Shown here one piece after another: positions 19,044-32,923 of a stretch of 64,000 bases of DNA; the first letter of the stretch is position 1; the number at the start of each line of letters is the position of its first letter. The stretch is from the human T2T-CHM13v2.0 reference genome, Homo sapiens. The position numbers were made by a program, and so were the translations under genes. The stretch lies in NCBI RefSeq assembly GCF_009914755.1, contig NC_060929.1. The stretch is one strand, 5' to 3'. Under the pieces are notes generated by a model, which saw only the letters and a program-made list of their open reading frames with translations, was not told the DNA's origin and ran no database searches.

Positions 19044-19869
19044 ATTACAATCTAAAAATGCTCCATTTCCCAGCTGGTGGGCCAACTGGTTTGAAAAGAA
19101 AGTTAACTTTTAATTACCTACACAAACTGGGGGAAAAGTAGTACAGGTTAGATAAACCAAAATGATGGAAAGTCCAAAAACATCTTAATTTCCTTTGAAG
19201 AGGTTTTGTAGCTACATTTAAAGTGGTATTAAGAAAATTCTGAATATATATAACTTATTAGATGAAATGAGCTCATTAGTATCAGTTACCTTATCTAACT
19301 TTATTTATTTATTTTAGCAGCTAGTATAGAGACTTGAATATATTCAAGAAGTGTTTGTTAAATTGAAATTGAAAATGCAGTGCCTGACCTGACCATGTGG
19401 CTTTCCAATCTTGCATCCTTTCTTTTCCCTTTACTGTTTTCTATGCCAAGTAGGGAATCAATTATGTCACCACTCATGGATAGAACAATTGTGCCTGAAA
19501 GTACAATAAGCTTTACAATCAGCATTCGGTCTGAAATACTCACTTAGATTAGTTGATAAAGACTTGTACTAAAAGGGCCGCTCCTCCAGCTTCTACCAAG
19601 TGAGCAAAAACAAAGTATTTAGTAAAAACAGAGAAAGTAATTATTAAAAAGCTTAAAGGAATAATTTTATAGTGATTGTTTACTTCAGATATATTTAACC
19701 ATAAACATATGCTTATGATTTGAAAACTTGCTAATTGAATAAAAATATTTTCAAGAATTGACATGACACTATAATATAAGCAGAAGACTATATTTGAAAA
19801 TAAACAATAACGAATGTCTTGCAGCAGTTATGTTAGACCAAAAATCTTGGCCAAACAATAGGATTTGGA

Positions 19870-20400
19870 GTCTACTACTTGATAGTCAAATAATGCAGTA
19901 ACACTCAGCCAAATAGTTGAGTTAGATTGCCTCAATTGCTCCATCTCTTCAGGCCTCCCTGTATCTAGGCCACAAGAACCAAAGAGATCTTTTTCACATG
20001 TCAGATCATGTCTTTGCTCAAAATCTTCCAATGACTTTTTACCTAATTTAAAGTAAAAGCCATAGTACAATGGTTGACAAAGTCATACATAATTTGGTCA
20101 TTCTGCCTCACTGACCCCATCTTTTACTATTTTCTTTTGGCTCACCTCTGTTCTAGTCACACTGAGGTTTTGTTGTTCTGAAGCATTCCAAGCATGTCCC
20201 TGCTTCAGTGCTTTTCTACTTCTCGTTCCAACTTTTTGAAAGGATATGTATATGGCTTTCTTGTACACTTTCTTTAGGAATCTGTTCAAACCTCACTTTC
20301 ATTAGTCCTCATATTTTCAAGTACCATACACACTCCAGTGCCTAGAATAGTATATGCACATAATACGTAATGTGTATTTGTTGAAAAAATTAATTCAAGA
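19870..20400 (+). mobile_element. L2 3' fragment
   Basis: TCAGATCATGTC...CTCAAAATCTTCCAATG and CCAGTGCCTAGAATAGT...TATTTGTTGAA are L2-type motifs. Confidence 0.65.
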
Positions 20401-21235
20401 CCTTTATATATGAAGTAGAAGTGTAACATTAGTACTTATTAAACAATCTGCTTGCTTCTCACTTACAAAGGACAAAATGAATTAATTAGGATTTGCCACC
20501 CATTATGATAACAGCCAAATAAATTTGAGTATCAGAGAAGTTAAAGGTGAAGGTCATTTAGCTGAACAAGAAACCCAAAATCACACCTGTCCCACTTCTA
20601 GCTGCTAGACCATGATAACAATTTTTCTTATATTATTGGTGACTTTTGAAAATATAAAGCTTATGCCAAGGAATCTGAAGAGAAGATTGGGTTAGGGCAG
20701 AATGGTCCCTAAATGATTGTAGACAGTATAGTGAGAGGAAGAATCTTAGTGAAGCAGGGAAGCAAAAGTCATAACCCAGGACAAACTGGTATGCATAGTT
20801 CAGCAGGATGAAGACAGGGGCAAAGGCATAAAAAGGAAGTCTAAATGTATAGCCCAAAGCTAGAAGGGTTGGAAAAGGTCAATATTCCTAGGGGAAAACC
20901 AGGACAGTACTAAGGGTGAAACTGATCCCAAGATATTAGGGTCTGGCTTCTCTCTGCTAATGTGTGTGGCCTGTGGGTGAATTTAAAGGTTTACAGATAG
21001 TGTGTAGCAGATATAGAACTATTGAAATCACCTTTGGAATATTCAACCCGCAGGCCTTCTGTGAACAGTGATGCAGTTATTTGTCCTTATGTAAACATAT
21101 TGTTCTTTCACATTGCTCACCCTGGCAATGAGGTTCCTTTGCAACCAGCTCACTTGTGTTTCCTAACATTCAGAATGGTGTTGCATCACAAGAATTGCTT
21201 TATCTTGTTTGTTCCTTCTGGTTATCTGGCTTATG

Positions 21236-21492
21236 TAGGGCTGTATTATGCGACAAGGCACCTTTGCCTTTGTGGGTCCCTTCTTCCATAACATATTGAA
21301 ATTATATTTTATGACTGTGTTGGTCTAAGGACAAATATGTTAATATGATATATGAAAACATTTTCTTCAGCCTATAAGTTCACTTATTTTTCTTCTGATT
21401 TTTAAAAAAATTAAAACATTTTTCTGGTCCCTTAAAAGCATGGTGGGCCCTAAGCATTATGCCTGCTGTGACTAATCTATAAATCAGCCCTG
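21236..21492. mobile_element. hAT-type non-autonomous DNA transposon (MER96/MER45-like)
   Basis: Terminal inverted repeats TAGGGCTG...CAGCCCTG around an AT-rich core. Confidence 0.55.
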
Positions 21493-21889
21493 GTTTATAA
21501 GCTACTTACTTGCTTTAAAATATAAAATAATCACATGTGACATCTTTAGTTACAGCAAGTGTTCCACTTTGGATCTTCTGATCATAATTGAAACCGATGT
21601 ATATAGTACCACTCTATTTGGCTACAATTTTTGTCAGTATATGGTATCTAAATCTTTTAATTTCTTAGAAAAAGGTGAAATATTAGTGTGTATTGCTGAA
21701 ACTCATTAGATTGTGAAATCCTCTTTCAGTTCTATTTTTATGGTTCTGTAGTGCCAGCAGCTCTAGTAATTTCACCTAGGATAAGTAAGAAACTAAACCT
21801 GAAAGAAACTTTTATTCCTGGAAAAGGTGGAAACTATCAAAATGAAGATTACTTAAGAAAATTTTAGTTTCCTGGAATTGTAACAATGA

Positions 21890-22140
21890 TGATAATTAAC
21901 CATTAGTATCATCCAACCTCCGTGTGCTAAATCCCTAGTATGTTTCAAGCAATAAGCTAAGTGTTCAACTCGTTTTTTTTCTTCATCAGTCAATCCTAAC
22001 AGGTAGTTACTATTATTAATCCCAATATATGGATGAAGAAATTAAGATTATAGAGATTAAATAACTTTCTCATGATCTATGTATGGCAAAACTGAATTCA
22101 TCTAATTTTGTGTGATGTCAGTATCTATAATTTTAATGCC
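21890..22140 (-). mobile_element. MIR
   Basis: Degenerate MIR core: CAATCCT...GGATGAAGAAATTAAG...GAGATTAAATAACTT. Confidence 0.55.
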
Positions 22141-22433
22141 AGTTATCATCTTTCTTATAGTTCCTTGGAGCTACTGGAGAGTTCTTTGAAACTTTGATAA
22201 TTTTTGGTTGTGGCCATAATAATATAGATGGGAAAAACCCCAACTAGAAAGGACAATTAGTCGAGTAAATGTTTGGGAAAGTTGTGGGGACTTGATAAAA
22301 ATGCAATCATTTGCTTCTTTCTCTCTTGACTAATTGTGCGGTCTCTGAAAAAGAGGAGAAAAATTCCCCATTTTTCTCATTGCCTAACCTCTTTACCAAA
22401 CCATCTTTATGCAGAAAATGAACTCATTTTTAT

Positions 22434-22588
22434 GTGTGTGGGTTTTTTTTTTGTTTTTGCTTGTTTTTCTAAGAGATAGAGTCTCATTATCTTGCATAGG
22501 CTAGTCTAGAGCTCCCTGGACTCAAATGATCCTTGCGCCTCAGTCTCCCAAGTAGGTGGGATTATAAGCATGTGCCACCACATCTGGC
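22434..22588 (-). mobile_element. Alu monomer (FLAM-like)
   Basis: Single arm with a T-rich tail; TSD TGAA(C/T)TCATTTTTA. Confidence 0.8.
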
Positions 22589-23026
22589 TGAATTCATTTT
22601 TAAATTAATTGTTTTAAAAAAGTATAGTAATAAATACTTGCCCTAATACATGATCCTTTTTATTTGAACAACATGCATTTAGCGAGAGTCAATTATGTGC
22701 ACAATGCTATGCTAAATACCAAGAGGAATATCTAGGCTGAAATGATGTTACTGTGCTGTAGATCCATGCTACGCAATAATAATGCAAGCCACATATATAA
22801 TTAAAACATTTCTAGTAATCACATAAAAAGATAAAAAAAAAATAAAATTAATTTGAATAATGTCTTTAAACTCATTATCATTTTAAGATATAATCAACAT
22901 TAAAAATTGCTAATGAGATATCTTACAATCTTTTTTGGTACAAAGTCTTCAAATCCTAGTGTATATTTTATATTCATAGCATATCACAACTTGGATGCCT
23001 AAATTTCATTAGAAAAACTTAATACA

Positions 23027-23330
23027 GGCCAGGCGCAGTGGCTCATGCCTGCAATCCCAGCACTTTGGGTGGCTGAGACAGGCAGATCGCTGGAGGTCAG
23101 GAGTTTGAGACCAGCCTGGCTAACATGGTGAAACCCCATCTCTGCTAAAAATACAAAAATTAGCCAGGTGTGGTGGTGGGCACCTGTAATCCCAGCTACT
23201 CGGGAGGCGAGGCAGGAGAGTTGCTTGAACCCAGGAGGCAGAGGTTGCAGTGAGCCAAGATCAGCACCATTGCACTCCAGCCTGGGAAACAGGAGTGAAA
23301 CTCCGTCTCAAAAAAAAAAAAAAAAAAAAA
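23027..23330 (+). mobile_element. AluS
   Basis: GGCCAGGCGCAGTGGCTC...poly(A); TSD GAAAA(A/T)CTTAATA. Confidence 0.95.
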
Positions 23331-23448
23331 GAAAATCTTAATATACATTTTGATTTTATAAAATTAATAGTTGAAAACATAGATTCATGTGCCCAAGTTG
23401 TTTCAAACATACTTTTGAAAGTTTTCAAATAATTGAATTGACTCTCAG

Positions 23449-26400
23449 TTTTATTTTATTTTATTTTATTTTTTATTTTACTTTAAGTTCCAGTGTACAT
23501 GTTGAGAATATACAGGTTTGTTACTTAGGTAAACAAGTGCCATGGTGGTTTGCTGCACCTATCAACCTGTTACCCAGGTATTAAGCACCACATGCATTAA
23601 CTACTCATCCTGATGCTCTCCCTCCCCTTGTGTCCCCCAACAGGCCCTGGTATGTGTTGTTCCCTTCCCTTTGTCCGTGTGTTCTCATTGTTCAGCTCAC
23701 ACTTGTGAGTGAGAACATGTGGTGTTTAGCTTTCTCTTCCTGTATTAGTTTGCTGAGGATGATGGCCTCCAGCTTCATCCACGTCCCTGCAAAGGATATG
23801 ATCTCATTTCTTTTTATGCTTGCATAGTATTTCATGGTGTATACGTACCACATTTTCTTTATCCAGTCTATGATTGATGGGCATTTGGGTTGGTTCTATG
23901 TCTTTGCTATTGTGAATAGCAATGCAGTAAACATGTGTGTGCATGTATCTTTATAATAGAATAACTTATATTCCTATGGGTATACGCCCAGTAATAAGAT
24001 TGCTGGGTCAAATGGTATTTCTTGTTCTACATCCTTGAAGAATCACCACACTGTCATCCACAATGGTTGAACTAATTTACATTCCCACCAACAATGTAAA
24101 AGCATTCCTATTTCTCCACAGCCTCACCAGCATCTGTTGTTTCTTGACTTTTAAATAATTGCCATTCCAACTGGCATGAGATGGTATCTTGTTGCGGTTT
24201 TGATTTGCATTTCTCTAATGATTGTGATAATGAGCTTTTTTTCATGTGTTTTGGCTGATAAATATCTTCTTTTGTGAAGTATCTGTTCATGTCTTTTGAC
24301 TACTTTTTGATGAGGTTGTTTTTTATTTGTAAATTTGTTTAAGTTTCCTGTAAATTCTAAATACTAGACCTTTGTCAGATAGATAGATTGCAAAATTTTT
24401 CTCCCATTCTGTATGTTGCCTGTTCACTCTGATGATAGTTTCTTTTGTTGTGCAGAAGCTCTTTAGTTTAATTAGGTCTCATTTGTCAATTTTGGCTTTT
24501 GTTGCAAATGCTTTTGGTGATTTCATCATAAAATCTTTGCACATTCCTATGTCCTGAATAGTATTGCCTAGATTTTCTTCTAGCGTTTTTATGGTTTTGG
24601 GTTTTGTGTTTAAGTCTTTAATCCATCTTGAGTTAATTTTTGTATAAATTGTAAGAAAGGGGTCCAGTTTCAGTTTTCTGCATATGGCTAGTCAGTTTTC
24701 CCAGCACCATGTATTAAATAGGGAATCCTTTCCCCATCGCTTGTTTTTGTCAGATTTGTTGAATATCATATGGTTTCAGATGTATAGTCTTATTTCTGAG
24801 GTCTCTATTCTTTCCATTGGTCCTTATGTCTGTTTTGATACCAGTACCATGCTGCTTTGGTTATTTTAGCTTTGTAGCATAGTTTGAAGTCAGGTAGTGT
24901 GATGCCTCCAGCTTTGTTCTTTTTGCTTAGGATTGTCTTGGCTATATGGGCTCTTTTTGGTTCAATATGAATTTTACAGTAGTTTTTTCTAATTATGTGA
25001 AGAATGTCGATAGTAGTTTGATGGGAATAGCATTGAATCTACATATTACTTTGGGCAGGGTGGCCATTTTCACAATATTGATTCTTCTCAGCCATGAACA
25101 TGGAATGTTTTTCCATTTGTTTGTGTCCTCTCTTATTTCCTTGAGCAGTGGTTTGTAGTTCTCCTTGAAGAGGTCTTTCATGTCCCTTGTTAGCTGTATT
25201 CCTAGGTATATTATTCTCTTTGCAGCAATTGTGAATGGAATCTCATTTATGATTTGGCTCTCTGCTTGTCTGTTGTTGGTGTATAGGAATGCTTGTGATC
25301 TTTGCACATTGATTTTGTATCCTAAGACTTTGCTGAAGTTGCTTATCAGCTTAAGGAGCTTTTGGGTTGAGAAGATGGAGTTTTCTAAACATAGGATCAT
25401 GTCATCTGCAAACAGAGACAATATGACTTCTTCTCTTCCTATTTGAATATGCTTTATTTCTTTCTCTTGCCTGATTGCCCTGGCCAGAACTTCCAATACT
25501 CTGTTCAATAGGAGTGGTGAGAGAGAGGGCATCGTTTTCCTGTGCCAGTTTTCAAAGGGAATGCTTCCAGCTGTTGAACCATTCAGTGTGATATTGTCTG
25601 TGGGTTTGTCATAAATAACTTTTATTATTTTGAGATATGTTCCATTAATACCTAGTTTATTGAGAGTTTTTAACATGATGGGATATTGAATTTATTGCAG
25701 GTCTTTTCTGCATCTATTGAGATAATCATGTGGTTTTCATCATTGGTTTTATTTACGTGATGGATTAAATTTATTTATTTGTGTATATTGAACCAGCCTT
25801 GCATCCCAGGGATGAAGCTGACTTGATTGTGGCAGATAAGCTTTTTGATGTGCCACTGGGTTTGCTTTGCAAGTATTTTATTGAGGATTTTTGCACTGAT
25901 GTTCATCAGGGATATTGGCCCGAAGTTTTCTTTTTCTGTTGTGTCCCTGCCCGGTTTTTGTATCAGGATGATGCTGGCCTCATAAAATGAGTTAGGGAGG
26001 AGTCCCTCCTTTTCAATTGTTTGGCATAGTTGCAGAAGGAATGGTACCAACTCCTCTTTGCACCTCTGGTAGAATTTGGCTGTGAATCCATCTGGTCCTG
26101 GGCCTTTTTTGTTGGTAGCCTATTTATTACTGCCTCAATTTCAGAATTTTTTATTCGTCTATTCAAGGATTCAATTTTTTCCTGCTTTAGACTTGGGAGG
26201 GTGTTTGTTTCCAGGAATTTATCCATTTCTTCTAGATTTTCTAATTTATTTGCATAGAAGTGTTTATAGTATTCTCTGATGATAGATTGTATTTCTGTGG
26301 TATCAGTGGTGATATCCCCTTTATCATTTTTTATTGTGTTTATTTGATTCTTCTCTCTTCTTTATAAGTCCTGCAAGTGGTCTATTTATATATATATATA

Positions 26401-29400
26401 TATATATTTTTTTTTTTTTCCAAAAAACCAGCTCCTGGATGCATTGATTTTTTGAAGGGTTTTTAGTGTTTCTATCACCTTCAGTTCCACTCTGATCTTA
26501 GTTGTTTCTTGTCATCTGCTAGCTTTTGAATTTGTTTGCTCTTGCTTCTCTGGTTCTTTTAGTTGTGATGTTAGGGTGTTGATTTGATATCTTTCTAGCT
26601 TTCTGATATGTGCATTTAGTGCTACAAATTTCCCTCTTAACAACGCTTTAGCTGCATCCCAGAGATTCTGGTATATTGTCTCTTTGTTCTCATTGGTTTC
26701 AAACAACTTCTGGATTTCTGCCTTAATTTCATTATTTATCCAGGAGTCATTCAGGATCAGGTTGTTCAATTTCCACGTAGTTGTGTGGTTTTGAGTGAGT
26801 TTCTTAATCTTGAGTTCTAATTTGATTGCACTGTGGTCTGAGAGACTTCTTTTTTTTTTTAAAATAATATCAGTTCTTTTGCATTTGCTGAGGAGTGTTT
26901 TACCTCCAATTAAGTGATCGACTTTAGAGTAAGTGCCATGTATATTCTGAAGAATGCATATTCTGTTGTTTTGGGGTGAAGAGTTCTGTAGATCTCTATT
27001 AGATCCACTTGATTCAGAGCTGAGTTCAAGTCCTGAACGTCCTTGTTAATTTTCTGTCTTGTTGATCTGTCTAATATTGACACTGGGGTGTTAAAGTCTC
27101 CCAGTAATATTGCACGGGAGTCTAAGTCTCTTTGTAGGTCTCTAACAACCTGTTTTATGAATCTCGGTGCTCCTATATTGGGTATATATATATTTAGGAC
27201 AGTTAACTCTTTTTGTTGAATTGATCCCTTTACCATTATATAATACCATTTTTAAAAAAATCTTTTTTGATCTTTTTTGGTTTAAAGTCTGTTTTGTCAG
27301 AAACTAGAACTGTAACTCCTGTTTTTTTGTACTTTCCATTTGATTGGTAAATATTCCTTCATCCCTTTATTTTAAGCCTATGTGTGTCTTTGCATGTGAG
27401 ATGGGTCACTTGAATACAGCACATTCATGGGTCTTGACTCTACCTCATTTGCCAGTCTGTGTGTTTTAACTGGGGCATTTGGCACATTTAAATTTAAAGT
27501 TAATATTGTTACTTGTGAATTTGATCCTGTCATCATGATGCTAGCTTTTTATTTTGCACATGAGTTGATGCAGTTTTTTCATACTGTCATTGGTTTTTGT
27601 ATTTTGGTGTATTTTTGCAGTGGCTGGTACCAGTTGTTCCTTTCCATGTTTAGTGTTTCCTTCAGGAGCTCTTGCAAGGCAGGCCTGGTCATGATGAATT
27701 CCCTCAGCATTTGCTTATCAGAAAATACTTTTATTTCTTCTTCACTTATGAAGTTTAGTTTGGCCAGATATGAAATTCAGATTGAAAATTTTTTTAAGAA
27801 TGTTGAATATTGGCTCCTACTCTCTTCTGGCTTGTATGGTTTCTGCTGAGAGATCCACTTTTAGTCTTATGGGCTTCCCTTTGTAGGTGGTCTTTCTCTC
27901 TGGTTGTTCTTACATTTTTTTCTTTCATTTTGACCTTGGAGAATCTGATGATTATTTGTCTTGGGATTGATCTTCTTGTGGAGTATCTTAGTGGGGGTTC
28001 TCTGTATTTCCTGAATTTGAATGTTAGCCTGTCTTGCTAGCTTGGGGAGGTTCTCCTGGATGATATCCTAGAGTGTGTTTTCAAACTTGTTTCCATTCTC
28101 CCTGTCTCTTTCAGGTCCTCCAATCTGCTGTAGGTTCAGTCTTTTTACATAGTCCCATAGTTCTCGGAGGTTTTGTTTTTTCCTTTTCATTCTTTTTCTT
28201 TAATCTTGTCTGCCTGCCTTATTTCAGCAGATAGTCTTCAATCTCTGATATTCTTTCTTCTGCTTGATCAATTCAGCTATTGATATCTGTGTATGCTTCA
28301 CGAAGTTCTTGTGCTGTGTTTTTCAGCTCCATCAGGTCATTTATGTTCCTCTCTAAGCTGGTTATTCTAGTTAGCAGCTCTTGTAATGTTTTATCATGGT
28401 TCTTAGCTTCTTTGCATTGGGTTAGAACATGCTCCTTTATCTCAGTGAAGTTTGTTATTGTCTACCTTCTGAAGCCTACTTCTGTCAATTCATCTAGTTT
28501 GTCTAGTCTTGATCTTTGAGGCTGCTGGCCCCTTGGATCAGGTTTTGTGGGGACATTTTTTGTTGAAGCTGTTGTTGTTGCTTTCTGTTTTTCTTTCAAT
28601 AGTCAGGTCCCTCTTCTGTAGGGCTGCTGCAGTTTGCTGGGGTTTCACTTCAGGCCCTATTCATCTGCTTTGCTCCCATGCCTGGAGATGTCACCTGGGG
28701 AGGCTGGAGAACAGCAAGGATGGGTGCCTGCTCCTTCCTTGGGGATTTCTGATCTCAAGGGGCACTGACCTGATGCGAGTAAGAACATTCATGTATAGCG
28801 TGTCTGGCCACCCCTGTTGGAGGGTCTCACCCAGTTGGGGGGCACGGAACCAGGACCCATTTAATGAAGCACTTTGGCTGTCCCTTGTTGGAGAGGGTGT
28901 GCTGTGCTAGGTGGATACCCACACGTCTGGGCTGGCCGGATTCCTCAGAACTAGCAGGAGGAAAGATTAAATCTGCTGGTCTGCAGAGACTATAGTCACT
29001 CCTCCCACTAGGGGCTCAGGCCCATGGTGATCAGAGTTCTGTCCCTGAGACCCTGGCTGGAAGTTATTGGGGTTCCTGCAGAGAGGCCCCACCCAGTGAG
29101 GAGGAATGGGTCTGGGTCCAGCCTGAAGAGGCAATCTGGCCATGGCAGTGTGCTGCGCTGTGGGGAATACCTCTTGGAACCAAGCCATCCAGCCTCCCTG
29201 GCTCCAGTAAGGGAAAAGTGAATCCTGGAGCTATAGTGATGGCTGCTGCCCTTCCCTCCCAGGAGCTTAGCTAGCAGCTGCAATGTTGGCTGCTGCCCCT
29301 TCCTCAGGGAACTCAGACAGCTTAGACAGCAGGCAGCCGCAGCAGTGGTAATGGCCGCCCCCTCCCCCACCTTACCCTGCCCCAGGGAACTCCGCAGGCT

Positions 29401-29781
29401 TAGGCAGATTCCAGCTGAGTGGCTGTCGAGAATCTATGCAGCTCTGTGATTGGGACCCAAGGCCCCGGTGGCATGGACTCACGAGTGAGATCTTCCAATC
29501 CGTGGGTTGCCCAGTACCATGGAAAAAGCACAGTTTCCCAGGCTGGGTAGCACGCTCACTCATTGCCTCCCTTGGCTGGGAGTGGGGGACTCTCCTACCC
29601 TGTGTGGCTCTCAGGTGGGCTGCCGCACCACCCTGCTCTTCCTTCCTCTCTGTGGGTCACACCAGCTGCCTAGTCAGTCCTAATGACAGAACCTGGATAC
29701 CTCGGTTGCCAGTGCAGGATTCACATGCTGTTTTGGTTCTTTTTGGTGGGAGCCTCAGATCACTGCTGCTTTTGGTTGGCC
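23449..29781 (-). mobile_element. Near-full-length older LINE-1 (L1PA10-13-like), inactive
   Basis: (TTTTA)n tail, ORF2 fragments ([17 protein letters not shown]), ORF1 remains with a deletion near 28505, and a long GC-rich 5'UTR. Degenerate TSD CT(C/A)TCA(G/A)TTTT. Confidence 0.93.
26386..26419. repeat. (TA)n followed by poly(T) microsatellite inside L1 ORF2
   Basis: Read directly. Confidence 0.9.
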
Positions 29782-30331
29782 CTATCAATTTTTAAATTTA
29801 ATTTAAATTAATGAAAACTAAATGAAATTAAAAATTTACTTTCTCAGTTGAACTAGCCACATTTCAAGTACTCAACAGTAATTTGTGACTAGTAGCTATC
29901 TTATTACACAGTGTACATCTTAGAAATTCTATATGGCTTATATACCTTCAATGAATCTCATCTACCAGGATCAGCCTTGGTGAGTAGAAGCTCGTGTTGC
30001 TTTCACTATGGTGACTTTGTTCATGAACCCACTGGGAAATAACATGGATAGCTGGAGAAAGAGGCTGACTGGTATGTACAGAATGGGTCATTCTACCCAT
30101 TTGATCATTACAATCATCCACTGCTGATGTAATCATTTGGTGAGCATTCACATGAAACACAAATATTTCCATGTTTTTTGTCCATTCAGAGAGATCCATC
30201 CACATACTTCTTTCTAAAATTTATTTGTCATAATCCTCAAGTCATTTTCCTTCCAAGTCCCTCATCATCCAGCCAAACCATTGAATTGGTATATAATCAC
30301 GTCTGACCAATTCTCCTTCCAAGTAAAGTAA

Positions 30332-30686
<355 letters not shown>

Positions 30687-31463
30687 AAGATTTTCTTTTA
30701 CCCACTGTCCATCAGGGATATTTCAGAGAGGGGCCATAGTGCTGCAGCTCCATTTTCCAGTGGTACCTGTGTATCATACAGAACCATCTATAAACCTGGC
30801 CTGAGTCTTTTCTTCTTCTGTCAACTAATATTAGGAAACACTGTATGAGGACATAGGTGCAGGCTGGGAGAAAAAAAGAAGTAGGGACTGTGGGTATTTG
30901 GGACACTTCTTCATGTCACTTACTAATGCCTGACTAGGCCTAATCATGTATATACCAATTCTATTTCCATTTGATGATGGACTGTTGCTGTGCATGTCCA
31001 AATTTATGGCTTGGTCATCAGATAACACCTAGTTTATGAAGGGCAGCTCAGGTTACATGGTAACTTGGTGATCTATGGTTAAGGGTTCAGTCTTTACTAG
31101 GGCCCAGTATGAGGGCCAAGAACTCTTTCTCAAAAGAGAGTAGTTATCTGGATATGACTGGGATTTTTCCAAATTCTAGAAGAACTGCCCTGGGATTCAA
31201 ATATAGTAATCTACCAAAGGCTCCAAACTGAATTCATATTTGTCACTGAGACTTCAGGTACCATAGGACTTGCTGAATCTGCCCAAGTGGCAGAGCACCT
31301 TGCACAGCAGCCTGGATCTGTTGAAGAGACTTCTCTAATTCTGGGACCCCCTCAAAACTTGGAGCTTTTTGGGTCACTTGGTAAATGGGCTGAAGTAACA
31401 TACCTAATAAGGTATGTGGTGCCTCCAAAATCCAAAGAGGCCCATTATGCTTTGTGCCTTGTA

Positions 31464-31974
31464 CTGTATTCGTCTGTTATCATTCTGCAAATTTCTGCAG
31501 CCGGCTTGAATTTCTTCCCAGAACATGGGTTTCTGCATTGTCAAGCTGCAAATTTTCCAAACCTTTATGTTCTATTACTTTTTGAATGCTTTGCTGCTTA
31601 AACATTTTTTTTGCCAGATACCCTAAATCATCTCTCTCAAGTTCAAAGTTGCACACGTCTCTAGGGCAGGGGCAAAATGCCACTAGTCTCTTTGGTAAGG
31701 CATAGCAAGAATCACCTTTATTCCACTTCCCAACAAGTTCCTCATCTCTATCTGAGACCACCTTAGCCTGGACTTTATTGCCCATGTCACTGTCAGCATT
31801 TTGGTCAAAACCATTAAACAAGTCTCTAGGAAGTTTGGAACTTTCCTACATCTTCCTGTTTTCTTCTGAGCCCTCCAAATGGTTGCAACCTCTTCCTGTT
31901 ACCCAGTTCTAAAATCACTGCCACATTTTTGGGTATATTTATAGCAGCACCCCATTGTCTGTGGTACCAATTTA
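31464..31974 (-). mobile_element. THE1/MST-int 5' fragment (~490 bp) with a ~19-bp LTR-end stub
   Basis: The minus strand starts TAAATTGGTACCACAG...GGGGTGCTGCTATAAAT. ORF 31480-31821 (GFDQNADSDM...DEELVG.W.KG) is MaLR internal sequence. The left stub TGTATTCGTCTGTTATCA is an LTR terminus. Confidence 0.85.
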
Positions 31975-32635
31975 GGAGGGACCAGATGCAAGAACTTATC
32001 CTTCACTTTAGAAGAAATATCTCAACATGTGCCACACCACTGGATCCCTAGAAATTTTACTGAGGTAGAAGTTTCCTAAATTTTAGTCATATTTTTTCCC
32101 ACCTCTGACACACGAAGGATTTACCAATAAGTCTGGAGCAGCTGCTACTTCTTACTCAGTAGGTCCCATCAGCATAATGTCATCAGTGTAATGGACCACT
32201 GTGATATCTTGTGGAAGGGAAAGGTGTTCAATCCCTGCAAATGAAATTATGACATAGGACTGGAGAGTTAATATACCCTTGAGGTATGTCAGTAAAGGTG
32301 TATTTCTGGCCTTGCCAAGTGAAAGAAAAGTTCTTCACCAATAGGCACTGACAAAAACTTATTTGCCAGACCAATATCTACATACAAATACCAAGCAGAA
32401 GTGTTAATTTGCCCAAGCAATGTGTCCACATCTGGTACAGCAGCTGCAATTGGAGTTATCCCCTGGTTAAGCTTACCATAATCCACTGTCATTCTTAAAG
32501 ATCCATCCAGTTTCTGCACCGGCCAAATAGGTAAGTTGAATGGAGATGTGGTGGAAATTATCATGCCTGCATCCTTCAGATCTTTGATGGTGGCACTAAT
32601 CTCTGCAATCCCTTCAGGAATGCAGTATTGCTTTT

Positions 32636-32689
32636 CCATTTTTTATTTTATTTTAAATTTTAATTTTTTTTGTGTGTGTACATAATAGT
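32636..32689 (-). mobile_element. Tiny 5'-truncated L1MA-like 3' end
   Basis: T-rich tail plus TGTGTACATAATAGT; TSD AGTATTG(C/T)TTTT. It interrupts the ERV-L RT frame. Confidence 0.55.
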
Positions 32690-32923
32690 AGTATTGTTTT
32701 TGATTTACTCTTTTCCCAGATAGAGACAGTTCTAATGGCTTCCACTGGCCTTTCCCACCATAATAGCTTACACTCCACATCAGTGGGTGGACATGATGTG
32801 GGGATTCTGCCAGCTGCTAAGTATATCTATTCTAATTTTGCATTCTGAAACCTGAGAAATAACCAGAAGATGGATTCAGGGACCCACTGGGCCCACTGTG
32901 AGACAGACCTAAGCTAAAACTCC

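Larger units (their letters stand above)
22765..29918. mobile_element. hAT-Charlie (Charlie1/MER33-related) element in three pieces: ~22765-23026, 23331-23448, 29782-29918
   Basis: AATGCAAGCCACATATATAATT at left and CTAGCCACATTTCAAGTACTCAA...GTAGCTA at right. It is interrupted by an Alu and a 6.3-kb L1. Confidence 0.65.
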
